In this document: piece after piece, positions 19,247-27,356 of the stretch
How the letters are laid out: every line of letters starts with the position of its first letter
Position numbering within the stretch: position 1 is the first letter of the stretch
IMG/VR virus record: IMGVR_UViG_3300010399_000035
Location: 1 to 64,000 of that record
Strand: one strand, 5' to 3'
Source: a virus
DNA length: 64,000 nt
Notes under the pieces: model-generated
The model's database searches: none
What the model was told of the DNA's origin: nothing
What the model saw: the letters and a program-made list of their open reading frames with translations, nothing else
Program-made: the position numbers and the translations under genes

Positions 19247-19624
19247 ATGCAACATAACATCGCCGTGACGTGGAACAATGGTGGGAGCCCGAAGCAGGGT
19301 AACTTCGCCAAGACCGGAACCGCTGAACTCAACATCGATGAGTCGATCGCAGGTAGCACTACGAATCAACTCATCCCCTTCGCACTGACTCGCTCCCAGC
19401 TGGCGGCGTTGTTCATCGTGAGCGATCAAAACCTGGTGCTGAAGGCGAACTCGTCCAGTTCACCTACTACCACGCTCACCATGGTGGCCAACGAACCACT
19501 GATCTGGATACCCTCCAACAACACTACCGACCCAATCACCGCTGATATTACGACCGGCCTTTACGCTACTAATGCTGGAACAGTAGCCGCCAATCTGACC
19601 ATTCGCGTTCTGCTCAATATCTAA
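19247..19624 (+). CDS. Virion structural protein, hypothetical
   Basis: GGAGAGG RBS; beta-rich Thr/Asn composition. Confidence 0.6.
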   Translation: MQHNIAVTWNNGGSPKQGNFAKTGTAELNIDESIAGSTTNQLIPFALTRSQLAALFIVSDQNLVLKANSSSSPTTTLTMVANEPLIWIPSNNTTDPITADITTGLYATNAGTVAANLTIRVLLNI

Positions 19625-19656
19625 CTCCGCTATATACTGCTCGCTATTTACGGATA

Positions 19657-19684
19657 GCGGAGCATCTCTCCCAGAAGATGGCCC
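19657..19684 (+). repeat. Dispersed motif copy (supplies the ATG of the gp10-like gene)
   Basis: GCGGAGCATCTCTCCCAGAAGATGGCCC. Confidence 0.95.
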
Positions 19685-20562
19685 AACCTCGGAACCTCTT
19701 CGAACTCGCTCAAGGTCATGTACCTGGGTTGCCCGCTCTTTCTGGGAGAGGTAGTCATAGCTCTGCGCAACGAGCTCGTCGTTCAGCAGACTTGGGAGCG
19801 ACCGCTACCAATCTGTTCCAACGAGCGGGGAGCTACGTAGCTAGTGTTAGTGGAGCTCCATCCATTCAGCTAGAGTCTCCGCAAATGGGCGGGGTGGAAG
19901 CTACCTTGCGCCGCAACTTAGATGGTATCGAACTCCTTGAAAAGGACGATTACTTCGAAGCCAACCAAGTGATGGACGAGATCGTGGCGTTGGCGCGGAA
20001 CTTGTCGCATGGTCCATTCAAGCAGCAGCAGTTGAACGAACTTGGGCATCCGTACAAGCAGCAAGGGAGAGCGCCACTCCCACGAGCTATGGCGGCGCGG
20101 TTGCGGCATGCTCGCGGAGTACGGGGTTGGGTACCATCCCTGACGATAGTCAACGAACAAAGCGGAGACCTAGCAGATTCGTGGTATGGTCGCATTAGCG
20201 TGGACGAGGGTGGCGTTAATTGGATTCTTGGGAACTCCTCTCCAGAATCCGTCTACGTAGCCTACGGTACGAACCGGATGATTGCCCACGGACCGTTCAC
20301 GTACGCACTCTTACAATATGAGAACCGCATCGCTTCGGTGATGGGTAAGTTACAGTATGGAATCCAACAGCTACGCCAAGCGTTAGCTGACTCGGCAGCC
20401 CAAGCGGAATCCAATGGGGAGCAGGTATCTGTTAATCAGGCTGGGGAGCCTATCGAAGCTCCAGCGGACGGTGTGGAGAATCTGCTGGGAGAAGTCGTGT
20501 CGCTAACTGCTGAAGAGATAGAAGAGTTCGTGGTGGCTGGGTTCGAAGTGTTCTTGTTGTAG
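19678..20562 (+). CDS. HK97 gp10-like tail completion protein
   Basis: SGDLADSW and YVAYGTNRMIAHGPF motifs. Confidence 0.6.
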   Translation: MAQPRNLFELAQGHVPGLPALSGRGSHSSAQRARRSADLGATATNLFQRAGSYVASVSGAPSIQLESPQMGGVEATLRRNLDGIELLEKDDYFEANQVMDEIVALARNLSHGPFKQQQLNELGHPYKQQGRAPLPRAMAARLRHARGVRGWVPSLTIVNEQSGDLADSWYGRISVDEGGVNWILGNSSPESVYVAYGTNRMIAHGPFTYALLQYENRIASVMGKLQYGIQQLRQALADSAAQAESNGEQVSVNQAGEPIEAPADGVENLLGEVVSLTAEEIEEFVVAGFEVFLL

Positions 20563-20582
20563 GTATAGTAGTATAGTATATA

Positions 20583-21134
20583 ATGCCCTACTCTCCTCGC
20601 AATCCCTCCGATGCCGACATCGATGCCTCCCTGTCTCTGTTGGGTGGGCGGCTTTCGGTGGCTTGCAATGAGGTGCTCCGATTGCTAAGGGACAATGCTC
20701 CAGCGCAAGTGGCGCGGAAGGCAACGGAATTAGGTATCGACATTGCTCCACCGGAGAACTTCTTCCTAGATCCTGGTGACCTATCCGACATTACCTTAAA
20801 CACAGTACTGGTAGGCTTCAGCACTCGCTATCAGACGGAGTCGCCACGCACGCTGAAGAAGGTCACGCGAATCATGATCTTCTGGGTACAGGAAGCTGCC
20901 GTCACCGGGATGCAATCAGCGATTGATGCCCGCTATGATGGCGGCGATATTCTGGCAGCGATCCTGCATCCATATATCAACGGACAGAATGACCCATACG
21001 GCCGCAAAGCGTGGAACCACCTGATTGCGGCGAGCGCCGAGATGTTGCCCAACTGGAGACAATACTCCGGACCGTTAATTGGTTTTGAATTACATCAGTT
21101 CCCCGGCAACAATAGCTGGGATGCGGTTAGCTAA
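20583..21134 (+). CDS. Putative tail terminator
   Basis: Position just before tail tube gene. Confidence 0.45.
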   Translation: MPYSPRNPSDADIDASLSLLGGRLSVACNEVLRLLRDNAPAQVARKATELGIDIAPPENFFLDPGDLSDITLNTVLVGFSTRYQTESPRTLKKVTRIMIFWVQEAAVTGMQSAIDARYDGGDILAAILHPYINGQNDPYGRKAWNHLIAASAEMLPNWRQYSGPLIGFELHQFPGNNSWDAVS

Positions 21135-21181
21135 TCTATTAGCTACTACCTTGGATTAGCAGCGATAGTTCAGGAGATACT

Positions 21182-22180
21182 ATGCCAGCACCAGCTATTA
21201 ACATCATTGGTGGGGATCAAGCAATTGTACGCTTCTTGCCTGAATCCACCGACCTAAGTCTATACCCATTCTCTACCATGCCTTCGGTGCCGGGTGGAAC
21301 GCCACAGCTGTTCGGCGTGACTCGCGTACCGCAAAAAGACCGTCAGCGGAGCAACAAGAAACTGTTCTCGGCGGGATCTCCGTTCGGCATTGCCAACGTT
21401 CGCGGCGTGCGAGCGTACATGGTGAATGTAGAAATCAACATTGCCAACTTGGCAGTGTTGGCTTATTGCGTTCGCAACGGCTACAACAATAGCGTACAGA
21501 CTACAGGCTATAAGGGTCTACCCGACCTATGCTTGTTCATCGACTATGTAGACACCTATGGCGAGGGCAACGGGTACTCCTGGATCATTCGCTATGCCAA
21601 GTGCGACACCGGCTCCATCTCCATCCAGATGAACGGGCCGGAAATTACGGCACAGCTTCGCTTCATTGGTATTGCAGAGTATCCGAATGGTTCGCCGCTC
21701 TCCATGACGATGTCCCAGCTGGACACCGCCATCCGCACCTTCGGCGAAGCACTGACTTACCACCATTTGGTTTCGTTGACGGTGGGTAGCGATCTCCGCC
21801 CAATCCTGAGCGGCATCAACTACCAGTTCAACAACAACGTGCACGGTTCGCAAGCAGCCCGCCCCTCTTCTGGAGCGGACGGTCGCTTATGGAACACGCA
21901 CTACTCGCTGAAGCCTGGGAACCTGAACGTCTCCGCAGACTTATCCTTGGATAGTGATATTCCGGCAGCCCTAGCTACCAGTGCTTTCACGTCAGACGCA
22001 TGGGGCGACATCATTGCAACCATCAACAATGCGGGGACTGGCGGATCCAAGGTACAGGTAATTACCCTCACAGATGCACTGCTAGGCACCGACTCTGCTG
22101 GAGGCGGAGATTCTGGCCAGGACATCCCCTTCTCCGCCAACGTGACCGGCGACGCATTGGTGATTGCGAATACGTTCTAA
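21182..22180 (+). CDS. Major tail (tube) protein
   Basis: AGGAGA RBS; size and position before the chaperone and tape measure. Confidence 0.7.
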   Translation: MPAPAINIIGGDQAIVRFLPESTDLSLYPFSTMPSVPGGTPQLFGVTRVPQKDRQRSNKKLFSAGSPFGIANVRGVRAYMVNVEINIANLAVLAYCVRNGYNNSVQTTGYKGLPDLCLFIDYVDTYGEGNGYSWIIRYAKCDTGSISIQMNGPEITAQLRFIGIAEYPNGSPLSMTMSQLDTAIRTFGEALTYHHLVSLTVGSDLRPILSGINYQFNNNVHGSQAARPSSGADGRLWNTHYSLKPGNLNVSADLSLDSDIPAALATSAFTSDAWGDIIATINNAGTGGSKVQVITLTDALLGTDSAGGGDSGQDIPFSANVTGDALVIANTF

Positions 22181-22186
22181 CCGAAA

Positions 22187-22283
22187 GCCCATCTTCTGGG
22201 AGAGATGCTCCGCGTTCTTTGCTACCTACAACAGCTTGCTGTATACTGGTAGTGTGTGCGGAGATCTCTCCCAGAAGAGGGCC
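22187..22283. repeat. Divergent motif pair (22187-22213 -, 22258-22283 +)
   Basis: GCCCATCTTCTGGGAGAGATGCTCCGC ... GCGGAGATCTCTCCCAGAAGAGGGCC. Confidence 0.95.
22219..22247 (+). promoter_or_regulatory. Sigma70-like promoter bracketed by two repeat copies
   Basis: TTGCTA-17 nt-TATACT between repeats at 22187-22213 and 22258-22283. Confidence 0.5.
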
Positions 22284-22322
22284 ATAAATTCGACTAAATC
22301 CGAGAGTAGTTGAAAAGGAATC

Positions 22323-22898
22323 ATGCCCGACGAACCGACCAACCTATCCGAGAAGATGGCCGCAACTGCTGCTAGTGATCCAGAAGCTGCATCCTACCTA
22401 GAGCGCAAGGCCCGCGAAGCTGAACAGCAGCAAACGAAGTCCGTCGTGGGTGATACCAAGCGGCTGAAGTTCACTTCGGTGAATGGCAAGCCAATGAAGT
22501 ACATCACGCGCCCTTCGCAACGTACCGAGGATACCTACGAACTTGTGGTGCATCTGGAGCCTGGGTTTGCGGTGGCCATTGATATCCTGCCGGAGATTAC
22601 CTTAAGGGAGCGTACGCGTGAGCTCCAGCGTATCCAATCCGATGGGCGGGCGTTGGCGAATGTGGATATGAAGGAGTTAGATAAAGCCTATGATAGGGCT
22701 GACGAGTTAGCGGACGAAGAGAAGGCCCTCTACGTAGATGTCATCCGTAGCCAATGTAAAGGCTGGACTAATCCGGAACCGTTCAACGTAGATGAGTTGC
22801 TGGCCGACTTGAACGCTATCGGCCGCACCACGCTTGGCGACGAGATCATTGGATCCTCTTCGACAGGGCGTCCGGGCACTGTGCCGCTAAAAAACTAG
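22323..22898 (+). CDS. Tail assembly chaperone (G)
   Basis: Between tube and tape measure; ends in slippery A AAA AAC TAG. Confidence 0.75.
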   Translation: MPDEPTNLSEKMAATAASDPEAASYLERKAREAEQQQTKSVVGDTKRLKFTSVNGKPMKYITRPSQRTEDTYELVVHLEPGFAVAIDILPEITLRERTRELQRIQSDGRALANVDMKELDKAYDRADELADEEKALYVDVIRSQCKGWTNPEPFNVDELLADLNAIGRTTLGDEIIGSSSTGRPGTVPLKN

Positions 22899-23149
22899 TC
22901 TACCGGGTCGTTGAACAGGGTGAACCGGCACTCCAGAAACTTGGTCGTGGAGAGACTCAAGCAGACTTAGACCTACTGAAAGACTTCCTGTGGTCCTTGG
23001 GCTCACCGGAAGTCTTTTCGTTAGAGGAGATGACCCAGACGAATAGGTTGCGATTGCGCGACTTGGCCGTATCCTGGCATTTGAACCAAGCCCATATCCT
23101 ATTCGATATAAGGAAGTTGCTGTTGAAGTTGCTGCAGAAGCCGGTGTAA
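22889..23149 (+). CDS. -1 frameshift extension of tail chaperone (GT)
   Basis: Heptamer A-AAA-AAC at 22889-22895; -1 frame open for 84 codons (LVYRVVEQGEP...LLQKPV) to TAA at 23147-23149. Confidence 0.8.
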   Translation, partial: KKLVYRVVEQGEPALQKLGRGETQADLDLLKDFLWSLGSPEVFSLEEMTQTNRLRLRDLAVSWHLNQAHILFDIRKLLLKLLQKPV

Positions 23150-23162
23150 CCTATAACTGCTA

Positions 23163-24953
23163 ATGGCCTGGTTTAACAACGTAGCTTCGATCCGTACCAG
23201 AGCCCGCATCTCCAGCCACGGAGTTGGCGGGACCATCTCCGGCAATGCCCTCGGCGGCGCTATCGCGGCACGCGCTCGCTTGGGGGCACACCCCAGCCTG
23301 ATGCTGGGTGGCAACCCAGACACGGCCCTGGGTAGTGTAGTGCAGATGTCGGTGTTGGCGTTGGGCTTGTTCGGCACGGCGCTAGGCAGCATTGTGCTCA
23401 CCGTTCACAAAGTTGAACGCGCGATGAGCGAGTTCTCCAGCAATATTCAGACCCTGTCCAATAATACGGGGATGGGGTACGGTCAATCTATTGGCGTACA
23501 GGGTCGCTTCGGGGCGTTCGGCATGAATGCGGCGGAGATGTTCTCTGGGACGGAGAGCATGCCGATGTTCTTCCGCGCCAAGGCCCAAGGCTATGGTCTG
23601 CCAGGGTACGAGGATCCCCATTTTATATCATCGCTAGCACAGAGGTATCAGGCCCAAGCCAGCCAAGGACCTACTGGCCTGCTCATGGCGCGGACCATGC
23701 TGCAGAATCTGGGGCTGGATTCACCGCAAATGCTGAATACGGTGAACCTCTCTCCCAGAAGAATCCGCGAACAAGAACAGTTCCAGACTCGGATGCAGAG
23801 TGCTTTCGGATTGAACCCTGCGGCCATTCGCCGTTGGGCGGAGGAATTCCCGCTGCTTCAGGCCAGGGTTGGCTCGTTCTTCCAACTGCTTTGGGTGAAG
23901 ATAGGTACGCTAGTTTCGCCCTATATTCTGGGAGCACTGAACTTAGCTACAGCGCTCATGGAGCGGTTTGGCGGGGTTATTGGGCGTGGGCTGCAGAAAG
24001 GTGCGGAAGTTGGCACGTACTGGATTGGTAAACTATTCGGACTGTTCTATGTATACGGACCGCTGGCGTTCCTAAGTATGGAATCTGCAGCACTGAAGAT
24101 GATGAGCATTATCGGCCATCTTGGCATCATGATTGCGGCGCTCTATAAGAATACTATAGGCAGGTTCCTTAGTCCAACGCTTGGTTCTATGGCCGCTCAA
24201 GTACCGCAAGCCTTGGGGGACGCTTCCTTGGGTGCGGAAGCCGTCACGAACTGGGTTGCCAATAAGGTAGGCGGGGCTGTCGTAGATCCGTGGCAGCCAG
24301 GCAGCCCAGCTAAGTCTAACCAAGTGCCAGCAGCCGTTAAACACAGAGCCACCCATTCGGTACATAATCGTATAAAGTCACGCCATATGGGCTTCGATCC
24401 GTTCGGTATAGACGAAGCCTTGAATCCAATGCTGCAGCACGGTATAGACAATCTGAAGTTCTGGTTTCGGCCGCTACCTGACCATCACTACGGTCTGGAC
24501 GATCTGACGGAGGGCTACCGCTATATGCGTGGCGGTGGTGGAGGCCACCAGCAATATATCCAGAAGCGGTCTGCCGACATCCAGCACCAGCAGCGAGCTA
24601 TAAAGCAGTGGCAAGCTAGCGGAGCGAATCCACGTACACGTCCAGTTACGCCCGATATCCCTTCTGCCCAAGGCGGCAACCAAGGACCAGAGGACTCCAA
24701 CTTCATCACCGCTTTCACCGATCCCAAGATTGCTGAAATCGATAAGCAGATCGCCCAAATCAACACAGGCTCTCGCCAGAAAGACTGGGACAAGATATGG
24801 GGCGATATGCTGAACGAGATCAAGGGTCTCCGCCAGGATATCGACGAGAAGTCAGGTGCGGTTGGCTTCCCTGAGTTCCGTGCCCTGATGAAGTTGCTAG
24901 GTCGGGAGATGGGCTCCGATATTCTGCGAACCTCGTATAAGGGTGGTGGGTAG
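23163..24953 (+). CDS. Tape measure protein (short, 596 aa)
   Basis: Follows G/GT; Ala/Gly-rich helical sequence with hydrophobic segments. Confidence 0.75.
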   Translation: MAWFNNVASIRTRARISSHGVGGTISGNALGGAIAARARLGAHPSLMLGGNPDTALGSVVQMSVLALGLFGTALGSIVLTVHKVERAMSEFSSNIQTLSNNTGMGYGQSIGVQGRFGAFGMNAAEMFSGTESMPMFFRAKAQGYGLPGYEDPHFISSLAQRYQAQASQGPTGLLMARTMLQNLGLDSPQMLNTVNLSPRRIREQEQFQTRMQSAFGLNPAAIRRWAEEFPLLQARVGSFFQLLWVKIGTLVSPYILGALNLATALMERFGGVIGRGLQKGAEVGTYWIGKLFGLFYVYGPLAFLSMESAALKMMSIIGHLGIMIAALYKNTIGRFLSPTLGSMAAQVPQALGDASLGAEAVTNWVANKVGGAVVDPWQPGSPAKSNQVPAAVKHRATHSVHNRIKSRHMGFDPFGIDEALNPMLQHGIDNLKFWFRPLPDHHYGLDDLTEGYRYMRGGGGGHQQYIQKRSADIQHQQRAIKQWQASGANPRTRPVTPDIPSAQGGNQGPEDSNFITAFTDPKIAEIDKQIAQINTGSRQKDWDKIWGDMLNEIKGLRQDIDEKSGAVGFPEFRALMKLLGREMGSDILRTSYKGGG

Positions 24954-24973
24954 CTCCAGCTGGAGCGAGTAGT

Positions 24974-26905
24974 ATGGGGACCTTCCGCGCATATACACTT
25001 AATAGCAAACAATACGTAGAGATAATTGCTACTGCTCTACCCGCCACAGATCGTAAGTGGGCAGGACTGTATGCACCTACTATACTAGGTAATATGGTAG
25101 ACGGCGAATGGTTCTACTTTTGGGGCGCATACGCTCACTATGATTCATTTACTATAGACCTAGATCACCCGCAGAATACAGGGCCTTTCGTCTGGAGCAG
25201 CAGAGCACCGCTACCCAACTTCGTGACTATCACAGACCTAGGTGGAGGTAACTTCAATTGGACTGTGCTCGTTAGCGGACCCAACTTCGACAATAGTAAC
25301 GCTCAGCTGCCTGGAACGTTATACTTGATGAGCGGTGGGGTGCTATATCGCGCATATGTTGAAGTTATGACTGATAGCGAGAATGCATTCGTTCTGTCCG
25401 GTAGCGCTATGAGACGGAGGTTTACCGCAGAAATAGTATGGCGGCCTGGATTCCAGTATGTATCGTTTCCAGGGCCTACAACATTAGGGGCTCCAGCAAC
25501 CTACGAGTGGATAGTGGTTCACGAAGATGGGAGCTCTGAATCGGTTTCTACGCTCCCAAAGCTAGATATAGACCCTCTCAAGCCAGCGTCGGGTGGGTTG
25601 TACAATACAGGACAAAGTCCATATCTACCTAAGCTATACGCTCACACCTTAGACAGCCACGGTACAGAGGCCGACTGGTATCCGTCGAATGCTGGAGGTA
25701 TCTTTGGATCATTTGGGTTCTACTGGAACTACTTCATCCCTACCGCCAAAATCAAGGTAGATAACGGTACTAACCTCGGTTCCGGTAACTGGAGCGTGGA
25801 CGACACCTTGGCTATTCTGGACGCTTCGGACTCGTTCGATCCCGACGGTACTATCGTAAACTATCATTGGATGATTGGATCTCCGCTCCAGAAAACGTAT
25901 GATACTCCGGGACCCATCCTTCCGCTTGACTTCGACGAAGGCTATCATAACTTGATTCAAGTACAGGTAACGGACAACGAAGGCTTCCAAGCTACTAGTC
26001 CGTATATCTCGCTACAGGTAGGAATCCGTGCTCGGCTGCTCTACGATAAGCATCTTCGTGCCCTATACTACTTCTATGCGGGATATCCGTTGTTCGTCAA
26101 GTGTGCTACTTCGTTCAACTTGGCTAGCTTCGATACTTCCCAGGCAGTGTACACGTATCTGCACTTCTTTACCTTCGGAGAGCAGGCCATAGCGGCCACT
26201 AGCGCACTAGCAGCCTTCATGCTAGGCTCCATGCCTGCAGTAGCCTATACCTCCGGAGACTACGGTATCCAGTTATTCTACTCCAAGGATCATGGCGCGT
26301 CGTTCGTGCATACTCCGCTCTACGCAAACGCAGGGCTTTACGGCGGACTTTACAACGAACACACACGATCGCTCTTCATGCTGGGTATCACTACATACGG
26401 AGGACCTATTCGCCGCTTTTGCGCCCGCTACAATGGAGCGAACTGGACCACCGAACCAGCCGTAGACATACCTACGCTACCTTCAAGCAGCGTGGCGAAT
26501 TGGCACCTTTTCTGGAGAGGCTCCACGTTGATGGTTGTGGTGGAGCACGACTCCGTAATCGAAATGTATGCCTCCAAGGATGACGGCTATACCTTCACCC
26601 TCCAGCACACCATTCCTGGCGGATATTCCCCGATGAGCGCCCGGTGGAATGATCATACACTGTCGGCGTATATCCTGTCCAGAAAAACGGGCGACCAAAC
26701 CAACGTTTATAGGATCGTGGCCCGCACCAATGGCAATGGGGATTGGGCGCATGACGATATAGCCCCAGTTAGCGGGATTCTAGCCGACTCTACGGGACTG
26801 GCGCACGAGATCGGCCAAGGGTCCGCCTATGCGATTTCTCGCGCTGGAACGGCTTTAAACGCTGTGATTTCGAAGGATGAAGCATACAGCTACTCGGGGA
26901 TTTGA
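24974..26905 (+). CDS. Tail protein with PKD domain and Asp-box (BNR) repeats
   Basis: LDASDSFDPDGTIVNYHW (PKD); YSKDHGASF, ASKDDGYTF, ISKDEAYSY. Confidence 0.65.
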   Translation: MGTFRAYTLNSKQYVEIIATALPATDRKWAGLYAPTILGNMVDGEWFYFWGAYAHYDSFTIDLDHPQNTGPFVWSSRAPLPNFVTITDLGGGNFNWTVLVSGPNFDNSNAQLPGTLYLMSGGVLYRAYVEVMTDSENAFVLSGSAMRRRFTAEIVWRPGFQYVSFPGPTTLGAPATYEWIVVHEDGSSESVSTLPKLDIDPLKPASGGLYNTGQSPYLPKLYAHTLDSHGTEADWYPSNAGGIFGSFGFYWNYFIPTAKIKVDNGTNLGSGNWSVDDTLAILDASDSFDPDGTIVNYHWMIGSPLQKTYDTPGPILPLDFDEGYHNLIQVQVTDNEGFQATSPYISLQVGIRARLLYDKHLRALYYFYAGYPLFVKCATSFNLASFDTSQAVYTYLHFFTFGEQAIAATSALAAFMLGSMPAVAYTSGDYGIQLFYSKDHGASFVHTPLYANAGLYGGLYNEHTRSLFMLGITTYGGPIRRFCARYNGANWTTEPAVDIPTLPSSSVANWHLFWRGSTLMVVVEHDSVIEMYASKDDGYTFTLQHTIPGGYSPMSARWNDHTLSAYILSRKTGDQTNVYRIVARTNGNGDWAHDDIAPVSGILADSTGLAHEIGQGSAYAISRAGTALNAVISKDEAYSYSGI

Positions 26906-26907
26906 TC

Positions 26908-27354
26908 ATGGCAGACGAACCGGCTACCAAGATCGAACTAGATCGAATGGAGGCACACTTTCGCGAGCTACTGACGGCAGAGCGGGATGCTCGCCAGACA
27001 CAACAGACTACCAATAAAGAAGCCTTAGACTTGCAGGCGAAAGAGTATGGACGGCGATTAGATGAGCTGAACCATGCACACGCGACTGCCCTAGAGGTAC
27101 AATCCAAGACTGTAACGAGAGAGATGTTCGATCAGTATCGAGAGAGCCAAGCGAAGGAACAAGCCTCGTTCGAGCATGAGATTCAAACGTTCAAGGATTC
27201 AGTGAATCGATTCATCACCCAAGAAACGACTAAGTCGATGGAGTATGCGGGACAGTCTGCTCGCAGTTGGGCGGTTGGAATGTTGATTCTGTCGGTGATT
27301 GCTACTGTCATTCTGCATTTTATTTTCCCTGCAACAACCGCATTTCCTAAGTAA
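26908..27354 (+). CDS. Coiled-coil protein with C-terminal TM helix (holin/antiholin-like)
   Basis: Charged coiled coil followed by WAVGMLILSVIATVILHFIF. Confidence 0.55.
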   Translation: MADEPATKIELDRMEAHFRELLTAERDARQTQQTTNKEALDLQAKEYGRRLDELNHAHATALEVQSKTVTREMFDQYRESQAKEQASFEHEIQTFKDSVNRFITQETTKSMEYAGQSARSWAVGMLILSVIATVILHFIFPATTAFPK

Positions 27355-27356
27355 AA

